64,000 nucleotides of DNA from Thermomicrobiales bacterium (lineage in GTDB: Bacteria > Chloroflexota > Chloroflexia > Thermomicrobiales > UBA6265), in NCBI GenBank assembly GCA_020432165.1, contig JAGQGU010000013.1, positions 10,613-74,612 of the forward strand, given 5' to 3'. The position numbers and the translations under genes are program-made. Below the pieces are notes generated by a model that saw nothing but the letters and a program-made list of their open reading frames with translations, had not been told where the DNA came from and made no database searches. Shown here one piece after another: positions 57,286 through 64,000 of the stretch (positions are counted from its first letter, which is position 1; each line of letters starts with the position of its first letter).

Positions 57286-58395
57286 GTGGAAGGATCGAGT
57301 AGCGTGTTCACGTTCATTGGCGCCGCTGGCGTCACGATTGCCCTAACGATGTGTGTTTGGATGATCGTTCAATCTCGCGACCGCCAGCGCCGTATGAACG
57401 AGCGGCTCGACGATCTCACACTCCAGTTCGCACCTGGGCTGACGAACATGGTTCCGTCGGCCCAGGCCGAATCCCGGCAAGATCGGGATTCGGTGCTCGA
57501 CGCGCTCAAGGGTGATCGCGCGCCCGGGTTCTCTTTGCCCGACTCAGACGGCACGCCCGTAACGCTTGATGACCTGCGCGCCCGAGGAAAGCCGGTTGTG
57601 CTCTTCTTCACCGATCCGCGCTGCGGTCCCTGCTTCGAATTGCTGCCAGATATTGGCGGTTGGCAGCGAACCTACAGCGATCACCTTACCCTGGCGCTCG
57701 TGAGCTCCGGCGATGCCGACACGAACGCGGCGATGGTGCAGGGGTATGGCATTTCTACGGTCTTGCGGCAACAGGATATAGAGGTGGTCCTTGGCTACAA
57801 CCTCGCCCAGGCTCCCGCTGCTGTCCTGATTTCTCCCGAGGGATTCGTGATGGCAGGGCCACGCTATGGCGTGCACGCTGCCCGCGCCTTAATGGCCGAG
57901 GCCCTGGGTCTGACGGTGCCGCCCACCCCGATTCGCCAGGTTCAGGAAGTGCATCGAGGCGATATGGCCCCATCGGTTCGTTTGCCAGACCTGTACGGCG
58001 CGATTGTCGATCTCGACTCTTATCGCGGGTGGCCGACGATGCTGCTCTTCTGGAATCCAGGATGCAGCTTTTGCGCGGCGTTACTCGCGGATGTCCAGGC
58101 GTATGAACGTCTGGAACAGCGTCCAAATATCCTCGTGATCTCCCGAGGCCCAATTGGTCTCAATAGCGCATTGGGCTTTGTCTCCCCCGTTGTGATCGAT
58201 GAGGGGAAGGTACTCGGCAAGACGTTTGGCGCCACCGGCACACCAGCCGCTCTTGTCCTGGATGTAGATGGACGCGTAGCCACACCAGTTGCGCGGGGCC
58301 TTGATCAGGTCCGTATGTTGCTTGGATCTACGGCGATCGCCATGTCGGCGACGTCCCCCTCTCTCGAGAAGGATGAGACATCAGTAAGTGCCTGA
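57286..58395 (+). CDS. Membrane-anchored protein with two TlpA/ResA-like thioredoxin-fold domains
   Basis: TM helix FTFIGAAGVTIALTMCVWMIV. Domain 1 is APGFSLPDSDGTPVTLDDLRARGKPVVLFFTDPRCGPC. Domain 2 is APSVRLPDLYGAIVDLDSYRGWPTMLLFWNPGCSFC. The start is uncertain: GTG 57286, or 57247 overlapping the upstream gene. Confidence 0.7.
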   Translation: MEGSSSVFTFIGAAGVTIALTMCVWMIVQSRDRQRRMNERLDDLTLQFAPGLTNMVPSAQAESRQDRDSVLDALKGDRAPGFSLPDSDGTPVTLDDLRARGKPVVLFFTDPRCGPCFELLPDIGGWQRTYSDHLTLALVSSGDADTNAAMVQGYGISTVLRQQDIEVVLGYNLAQAPAAVLISPEGFVMAGPRYGVHAARALMAEALGLTVPPTPIRQVQEVHRGDMAPSVRLPDLYGAIVDLDSYRGWPTMLLFWNPGCSFCAALLADVQAYERLEQRPNILVISRGPIGLNSALGFVSPVVIDEGKVLGKTFGATGTPAALVLDVDGRVATPVARGLDQVRMLLGSTAIAMSATSPSLEKDETSVSA

Positions 58396-58417
58396 CCTCA
58401 GGCCAAGGAGAATTCCT

Positions 58418-59473
58418 GTGACACCATTGAACCGTTCGATCAGTCGCCGAGGTTTGGTCGGAGGTAGTGCGGCGGTTGCGGCAGCGTTAGCTGTCCAGTC
58501 ACCAGCGGCGTTCGCCCAGACACCGGCTACCAGTGCGGCCGACTCGACTGTTCCCGACTGGGATGCGATCGACCAGCAACTACAGGCAGTTTCACCGATG
58601 GTTGCGCTCACCGCCGCCGAACTCGTCGGCGATGAGATTGTGCCTGTGCACGAGTTGAACCCCGATCTCGTGCTGCCGATCGGATCCAGCTTCAAGCTAT
58701 GGATCCTTGGCGCCCTGGCGATGTCGGTCGCATCCGGTGAAAGTGCCTGGAATGAGCCGATGCAGATTGAGGAGGCGCACAGAAGCGTGCCGGGCGGCGA
58801 TTTCCGCTACCTCCCGGAGGGCACAACCTTCACCACCCGTTACTTCGCCGAGCGCATGATCCAGAAGAGCGATAACACGGCCACCGATCACACGTTGTTC
58901 CACGTCGGGCGTGAGAACGTCGAAGCGGCCATGACGGCCATGGGTCACCACGATCCGTCGCTGAATATTCCGATACTTTCGACACGGGAACTCTCGATGC
59001 TCAAGTTCGCGTCACCGACGGAACAGGTGGACGCCTATGTGGCTGCCGATGTGCCGGAACGACGCCGGATCCTGGAGGAAGAGATCGACACCCTCCCCTT
59101 CTCCGCACTCTCCGACCTGGACCAGACCAAGCCGATAGAGATCGATCGCATCGAGTGGTTCGCCAAGCGCGGTGATCTCGTCAAGACGATGGCCTGGCTT
59201 CATGGCACCGCCGGGAATGAAGAGCTGCTGCCGGTGCGAGAAATCCTCACACTTGAAACACCGATTCCCTTCGACGGGGAGACCTGGAACTACGTCGGGT
59301 ACAAGGGTGGTTCGGAGATGGGTCTGCTGAGCACCACCTGGCTGCTCGATCGCGCCGACGGCCGCACATTCGTGTACACCATCGGCTTTGTCGATCCCGG
59401 CGCAGCGATCGATATGGACGCCGCGGTTGCAGTGATGATGAACGGGCGTGATCGCCTCGCCCTCGTGCCCTGA
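58418..59473 (+). CDS. Tat-exported class-A beta-lactamase-like serine hydrolase
   Basis: AAGGAG lies before GTG 58418. The Tat signal is SRRGLVGGSAAVAAALAVQSPAAFAQ. Motifs are GSSFKL (SxxK), SDNTATD (SDN) and YKGGS (KTG-like). Confidence 0.7.
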   Translation: MTPLNRSISRRGLVGGSAAVAAALAVQSPAAFAQTPATSAADSTVPDWDAIDQQLQAVSPMVALTAAELVGDEIVPVHELNPDLVLPIGSSFKLWILGALAMSVASGESAWNEPMQIEEAHRSVPGGDFRYLPEGTTFTTRYFAERMIQKSDNTATDHTLFHVGRENVEAAMTAMGHHDPSLNIPILSTRELSMLKFASPTEQVDAYVAADVPERRRILEEEIDTLPFSALSDLDQTKPIEIDRIEWFAKRGDLVKTMAWLHGTAGNEELLPVREILTLETPIPFDGETWNYVGYKGGSEMGLLSTTWLLDRADGRTFVYTIGFVDPGAAIDMDAAVAVMMNGRDRLALVP

Positions 59474-59574
59474 TCCAGACAACCGCTCTCTCCTACAGCC
59501 GGTGCCGCATGTCTTGACAGGTAGCAGGGCAGTGCGAAGCGGCGAATGCCCTTATCTGCCCTCGAGATGCGGCT

Positions 59575-59646
59575 CAGAGGGGAGACAATGGCTCGCTTCG
59601 CTGCTCGTCCTGTGGACTCGGCCACCTTCGGTGCTCCCCTGCTACC
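59575..59646 (+). repeat. 72-nt conserved intergenic element, copy 1 (upstream of the alpha/beta hydrolase)
   Basis: CAGAGGGGAGACAATGGCTCGCTTCGCTGCTCGTCCTGTGGACTCGGCCACCTTCGGTGCTCCCCTGCTACC. It differs at only 4 positions from 62287..62358. GGGGAG and CTCCCC can pair. Confidence 0.55.
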
Positions 59647-59706
59647 GAAAATACATCGGGAACCCGCTTTAGTCGCCGCTCGCCACCAGTGAAGGACTAC
59701 TCCAAC

Positions 59707-61113
59707 ATGTCTCACGCAGAATCCCAACCTATGCCCTGTCCCGGACACGCGCCCGGATCACTCACCCGCCGCTCCGCCCTTCGACAGGGCGCGGCAGGCG
59801 TCGCGGCCGCAGCGATTGCTGCGGCCGGGAGCGCCACCATGTGGTCGGGTGATGCGCGAGCGCAGAGCAGTACACCATCCGCAACACCAGCTTCGGCCGT
59901 TGATCCGACGCTCGACCAAATAGCATTCGCCTCCAGCATGGATGGTCAATTCATCCGGGCGCTGGACACCATTCCCTACCGTGGAGCAGATGTCGGGGAA
60001 TCGTTCATTACGGCCCGCCGGATTCCCGATGGTGACACGGAGGCGTGGTATCGGGAATGGTGGGCGCTGGCGGAGCGCACCGAAGGATATGCGAACGAGG
60101 CGCTCGCCGCAGGGAATATCGTGAGTGCGCGCGATGCCTTCTTGCGGGCCTGTACGTACTATCGTCAGGCGAGTTTGTATCTGTTCAAACCACCCCTGCG
60201 GCAAGGCCTCGTCGATTCCTTCGCCAATCAGCGTCGCGTCTTTGTGCAGGCAATGGCCCTGTTTGACCGACCAGGCGAGGCCATCGAGATTCCGTACGAA
60301 ACCACGACGCTGCCGGGGTATCTGTTTCTGCCCGCCAATCGAGAGGAACCGCTCCCCTTGCTCATCATCACCGGTGGCTACGATGGCACCCGCGAGGAGT
60401 CCTGGTTCGCGGGAGGAGCAGCGGCAATCGAACGTGGCTGGGCCTGCCTTGTATTCGATGGACCTGGCCAGGGTGAGGCTCTCGTTGAGCAGAATCTCTT
60501 CTTCCGCCACGACTGGGAGGCCGTCGTCACCCCGGTGGTTGACGTGGCCTTGCAGCGGTCAGAAATCGACCCTAACCGCATCGCGCTGATGGGACGCAGC
60601 TGGGGCGGATATCTGGCCCCTCGCGCCGCGACTGCCGAACACCGGATTGGAGCCGTAATTGCCGATGCTGCCCAATACTCTCCCGGTGAACGAGCGGTCA
60701 TGATGCTGCCCGAGGAGTTGCGTCCACTGCTCGCATCCGGAGAGGACGACGCGGCGCTCAGTGCCTGGCTCGAGAGTGCGGTGGCGGCCTCACCCGAAGT
60801 TGCCTTCTCCATGAACCGGGGCATGCTGACCCACGGTGTGGCAACGCCGCTGGAGTACTTGCGGGGCTATGAGCCCTACACCCTAAGCGGTATCGCTGAT
60901 CAGATTCAGTGCCCGGCACTCATCATCGAAGGAGAGGCAGATTTTCGTGGAGGCGATGCGAAGCCACTCTATGACGCCATCACGTCACCCGGCTCAGCAT
61001 ATCTGCTGTTCTCCAATACCGACGGAGCGGGATTGCACGACGAATCGGGCGCCGCCAGCCTCTTCGCGCTTCGTGTTTTCAACTGGCTGAATGGGGTTTT
61101 CGACCTCGGCTAA
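59707..61113 (+). CDS. Tat-exported alpha/beta hydrolase (DUF1100 / dihydropseudooxynicotine-hydrolase-like)
   Basis: The Tat signal is TRRSALRQGAAGVAAAAIAAAGSATMWSGDARAQ. The nucleophile elbow is GRSWGG. LIITGGYDGTRE is also present. Confidence 0.75.
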   Translation: MSHAESQPMPCPGHAPGSLTRRSALRQGAAGVAAAAIAAAGSATMWSGDARAQSSTPSATPASAVDPTLDQIAFASSMDGQFIRALDTIPYRGADVGESFITARRIPDGDTEAWYREWWALAERTEGYANEALAAGNIVSARDAFLRACTYYRQASLYLFKPPLRQGLVDSFANQRRVFVQAMALFDRPGEAIEIPYETTTLPGYLFLPANREEPLPLLIITGGYDGTREESWFAGGAAAIERGWACLVFDGPGQGEALVEQNLFFRHDWEAVVTPVVDVALQRSEIDPNRIALMGRSWGGYLAPRAATAEHRIGAVIADAAQYSPGERAVMMLPEELRPLLASGEDDAALSAWLESAVAASPEVAFSMNRGMLTHGVATPLEYLRGYEPYTLSGIADQIQCPALIIEGEADFRGGDAKPLYDAITSPGSAYLLFSNTDGAGLHDESGAASLFALRVFNWLNGVFDLG

Positions 61114-61206
61114 CCATCAGGTGAGGTTGGGCTTCCGCCTCGTCGGCGATCGTCGCAATGGGGTTCGCAAACTCGTGAAGTGGCTCAGATCTCGGGAGGG
61201 AAAGGT

Positions 61207-62259
61207 ATGGACATCATAATCCTCGCTGCGAGGGTGATCGTTGCTGGTGTGTTTCTGCTGTCAGGCGCAGGAAAGCTGGCGGATCGTGCTGGTTCACAGC
61301 AGGCCGTGCGCGATTTCGGTGTGCCGAATGTCCTCGTTCCGGCGATCGCGATGCTGCTGCCAGTGGTGGAGCTAGGCATTGCTATCGCCCTCATTCCCAA
61401 TCGCACCATGATGTGGGGCGCATGGGCAGCGCTGTTGCTGCTAGGGCTCTTCATCGTTGGCATTGTCCTGAATATGGCGCAGGGACGGCGACCGGATTGC
61501 CATTGCTTTGGCCAGTTGCACTCTGAACCGATCGGGTGGCCAACCATCGCCCGCAATCTCCTCCTCATGTTGCTGACTCTGGTGATCCTGGGTGGTTCGT
61601 CCGGCCTCGAGAACCTACGCGATATTGATGCGGGTGTGCAGCCGACACCTGCGTTGGTATGGCTCGTCACGCTCCTGATGGCCGGGTTGATCGCGATGGC
61701 GACTACGCAACTGATGCTGGTGATGCAGGAGGAGCGCACGCTCTATGGACGATTGGATCGGTTGGTAGCTTCCGGTGCCGAGCTGTCTCCTGCAGGGCGT
61801 AGTGATCGGGGACAGCGAGAAACGGACACGATGCCGGTGGCACTTGAAGTAGGCGTCCGGGCTCCGGACTTCTACCTGCCATCCCTGGCTGGATCCGACG
61901 TGTCGTTGACAGAGATTCGCTCTTCCGGCAAACCGGTCGCCCTCGTCTTCATTGATCCGACATGTGGCCCCTGCGGGCAGCTCGTGCGCGAACTCCCCAC
62001 ATGGGTGGATACCCATCCGGGTGGACCCGATCTGCTGGTCGTAAGCCGGGGTGATGAGGCCGCCAACCGAGTCAAGACCATGGGGATAGCGACTGATCGC
62101 GTCGTCCTTCAACACGATCGCGAGTTGGCCTTTGCCTACGGGATTTTGGGCACGCCATCGGCGGTACTGGTAGCGCCGGATGGCACCATCGGCTCACCGG
62201 TGGCTGGAGGTATTGGTGCGGTTCGAGATCTTCTGGCCGGGGAGCTGCCGCCCAACTGA
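61207..62259 (+). CDS. MauE/DoxX-family membrane domain fused to a TlpA-like thioredoxin domain
   Basis: GGGAGGG lies before ATG 61207. About 5 TM helices carry the MauE-type CHCFG motif (61498-61512). The C-terminal domain is APDFYLPSLAGSDVSLTEIRSSGKPVALVFIDPTCGPC (CGPC at 61963-61974). Confidence 0.75.
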   Translation: MDIIILAARVIVAGVFLLSGAGKLADRAGSQQAVRDFGVPNVLVPAIAMLLPVVELGIAIALIPNRTMMWGAWAALLLLGLFIVGIVLNMAQGRRPDCHCFGQLHSEPIGWPTIARNLLLMLLTLVILGGSSGLENLRDIDAGVQPTPALVWLVTLLMAGLIAMATTQLMLVMQEERTLYGRLDRLVASGAELSPAGRSDRGQRETDTMPVALEVGVRAPDFYLPSLAGSDVSLTEIRSSGKPVALVFIDPTCGPCGQLVRELPTWVDTHPGGPDLLVVSRGDEAANRVKTMGIATDRVVLQHDRELAFAYGILGTPSAVLVAPDGTIGSPVAGGIGAVRDLLAGELPPN

Positions 62260-62286
62260 CATCCAACAGAAACGCTAATCTGCCCC

Positions 62287-62358
62287 AGAGGGGAGACAAG
62301 GGCTCACTCCGCTGCTCGTCCTGTGGACTCGGCCACCTCCGGTGCTCCCCTGCTACCA
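62287..62358 (+). repeat. 72-nt conserved intergenic element, copy 2 (upstream of Cys-rich family member 2)
   Basis: CAGAGGGGAGACAAGGGCTCACTCCGCTGCTCGTCCTGTGGACTCGGCCACCTCCGGTGCTCCCCTGCTACC. Confidence 0.55.
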
Positions 62359-62441
62359 GTCTCATGAACGACAACTCATGGCTAGTCCGCGCAATCACGC
62401 CGCAGCATGCGACGACCATAGAGAACGCAAAGGAGTGAATG

Positions 62442-63284
62442 ATGAACCCCACTATGATTGATACGATCACCCGGCTCTTCTCCGACCGCAAGCTCTCCCG
62501 ACGCCAATCCCTCGCCGCTGGTGCCGGGATCGCCGCCGGGGCACTTGCCACCCCAGCCCTCTCCGCTGTCGCCCAGGACGCCACGCCGGTCGCATCGGAT
62601 GCCACCCTGGTCGCGCCGGATGCGGAGCACGGACCGGAGATGCTCTTCGTCCAGTCCTTCCAGTCCGGCAGTATCGTGGCCACGCCCGACGTGGAGGGGC
62701 GCTACACACTCACTCTGGAGCACGGTCTGGGGGAGACCATCTATTTCTCCGATCGTCCGGATCGTATTGTCGGCTCGAGCCCAACTGCTGCCTTCCTTGA
62801 TGGCCTCGGCTTTTCCGACGACAACCCGCCCAACGCCGCCATTCTCACGCACAACCAGGAAGGGGATTCAACACTGGCCGTGGTGGAACTCTTCAATCCG
62901 ATCTATGACGAGGAGACAGCCACCCTCACGTATGACGTCTCCCTTCTCGAACACTGGCGGGACGGCACCGACCTGGGGTTCTCCGAAACACCAGTGGACG
63001 TTGATGCCATCGGCGACACGTTTGGTACGGCCCACCTCTTCATCGATGACTGCAACGGCTGGGATACCTACTGCTTCTCCCCCGACCCCACCCTGGGCAT
63101 CAGCGGCCATGTTGGAACCATCTCGACTCTTGAATACGATGGCTTCTGCTATGGCTGGAGTACCATGATGTGCCTCCCCTGCCAGCCGTGGATTGCAGAC
63201 CATGAGGATGCCGAGCGCAACTGGATCCAACAGTGCAATGTGCGTTTCCCCGATTGCCTGGACGATTGTAGGATCAATTGGTAG
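62442..63284 (+). CDS. Tat-exported protein, family member 2 (Cys/Trp-rich C-terminal module)
   Basis: AAAGGAG lies upstream. The Tat signal is SRRQSLAAGAGIAAGALATPALSAVAQ, and the conserved blocks are as in member 1. The Cys module is DC..W..YC...GFCYGWSTMMCLPCQPW...C..F.DC..DC..NW. ATG 62439 is an alternative start. Confidence 0.65.
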   Translation: MNPTMIDTITRLFSDRKLSRRQSLAAGAGIAAGALATPALSAVAQDATPVASDATLVAPDAEHGPEMLFVQSFQSGSIVATPDVEGRYTLTLEHGLGETIYFSDRPDRIVGSSPTAAFLDGLGFSDDNPPNAAILTHNQEGDSTLAVVELFNPIYDEETATLTYDVSLLEHWRDGTDLGFSETPVDVDAIGDTFGTAHLFIDDCNGWDTYCFSPDPTLGISGHVGTISTLEYDGFCYGWSTMMCLPCQPWIADHEDAERNWIQQCNVRFPDCLDDCRINW

Positions 63285-63310
63285 TGCTGATCTGTCCAAA
63301 GGAGTGAATC

Positions 63311-64000
63311 ATGAACCCGACTATGATCGATACGATCACCCGTCTCTTCGCCGACCGCAAGCTCTCCCGACGCCAATCCCTCGCCGCCGGTGCCGGGATC
63401 GCCGCCGGGGCACTTGCCACCCCAGCCCTCTCCGCTGTCGCCCAGGACGCCACGCCGGTCGCACCGGATGCGGAGCACGGACCGGAGATGCTCTTCGTCC
63501 AGTCCTTCCAGTCCGGCAGTATCGTCCCCAGCAACGATGTGGCAGGACGCTATACCATCACCCTCGATCACGGTCTGGGTGAGACCATCTACTTCTCCGA
63601 TCGTCCGGATCGCATTGTCGGCTCGACCCCAACCGCTGCCTTCCTCGATGGCCTCGGATTTTCCGACGACAACCCGCCCAACGCCGCCATTCTCACGCAC
63701 AACCAGGATGGGGATTCAACACTGGCGGTGGTGGAACTCTTCGATCCAGTCTTTGACGAGGAGACAGCAACCCTCACGTATGACGTTTCTCTTCTCGAGC
63801 ACTGGCGGGATGGCACCGATCTTGCCTTCACCGAAACACCGGTAGATGTTGATGCCATCGGCGACACCTTCGGTACGGCCCACCTCTTCATTGATGACTG
63901 TGGCGGCACGGATATCTACTGCATCTCCCCCGACCGCACCCTGGGCATCAGCGGCCATGTTGGAACCATCCTGAATGGCGAACACGATGGATTCTGCTAT
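63311..64000 (+). CDS. Tat-exported protein, family member 3 (tandem duplicate of member 2); 3' end lies outside the window
   Basis: Absent from the ORF track because it is open at the right edge. My translation from ATG 63311 (AAAGGAG upstream) gives MNPTMIDTITRLFADRKLSRRQSLAAGAGIAAG...LFVQSFQSGSIV...GETIYFSDRPDRIVGS...DDCGGTDIYC...HDGFCY. It is nearly identical to member 2. Confidence 0.65.
   Translation, partial: MNPTMIDTITRLFADRKLSRRQSLAAGAGIAAGALATPALSAVAQDATPVAPDAEHGPEMLFVQSFQSGSIVPSNDVAGRYTITLDHGLGETIYFSDRPDRIVGSTPTAAFLDGLGFSDDNPPNAAILTHNQDGDSTLAVVELFDPVFDEETATLTYDVSLLEHWRDGTDLAFTETPVDVDAIGDTFGTAHLFIDDCGGTDIYCISPDRTLGISGHVGTILNGEHDGFCY

Noticed and set aside
59588-59671. A small ORF inside copy 1 of the 72-nt element (MARFAARPVDSATFGAPLLPKIHREPAL), preceded by an SD-like AGGGGAGA.
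   Set aside because: The ATG is not conserved in copy 2 (AAGGG instead of AATGG), so a conserved leader peptide is unlikely.
52541-64000. The idea that tRNA-Arg marks the integration site of a genomic island carrying the 53-64 kb cluster.
   Set aside because: The cluster lies on the 5' side of the tRNA gene, whereas integrases normally target the 3' end. No integrase, and no direct repeat of the tRNA 3' end, is visible in the window.

Overview
This is a roughly 58-60 % G+C bacterial chromosomal window, densely coded on both strands. T-box leaders, many Tat signals and the gene content suggest a Chloroflexota/Thermomicrobia-like or other terrabacterial origin; that taxon call is inference only.

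The housekeeping backbone is clear:
- ilvA (partial at the left edge and absent from the ORF track)
- an isocitrate-dehydrogenase-family gene, gpmI and eno
- pheS-pheT behind a Phe T-box, then hisD
- mgtE and ruvA
- trpE-G-D-C-F behind a Trp T-box
- dnaJ and a tRNA-Arg(UCU)

Three accessory regions stand out.

1. Region 2.3-15.4 kb is a partly duplicated ferric-siderophore uptake island. It carries an IrtA/IrtB-like exporter-fold ABC pair, with a siderophore-interacting FAD domain fused to IrtA. It also carries a DUF2218 protein, a sucrase/ferredoxin-like protein and two paralogous class-C-type serine hydrolases. Two paralogous ORFs run an XRE helix-turn-helix, with no stop codon, into a twin-arginine signal and a siderophore-binding-protein domain.

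2. Region 18.26-20.24 kb is a lower-GC, translationally coupled two-gene cassette wedged between gpmI and a GH20 hexosaminidase. The first gene encodes a membrane-anchored protein whose C-terminal domain carries DarT/Tpt1-like ADP-ribosyltransferase motifs. Its partner has no family I recognise.

3. Region 53-64 kb lies next to the tRNA. It starts with a STAND/LuxR regulator. It then encodes three paralogous Tat-exported proteins with a conserved Cys/Trp-rich C-terminal module (two of them a tandem duplicate). These are interleaved with a double-thioredoxin membrane protein, a MauE/DoxX-thioredoxin fusion and two Tat-exported hydrolases. A 72-nt conserved intergenic element is present twice.

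Two families of palindromic intergenic repeats and several hairpin terminators are also present. No CRISPR array, rRNA, transposase or integrase was seen. All family assignments come from reading motifs by eye, with no database search, and start codons are best guesses.
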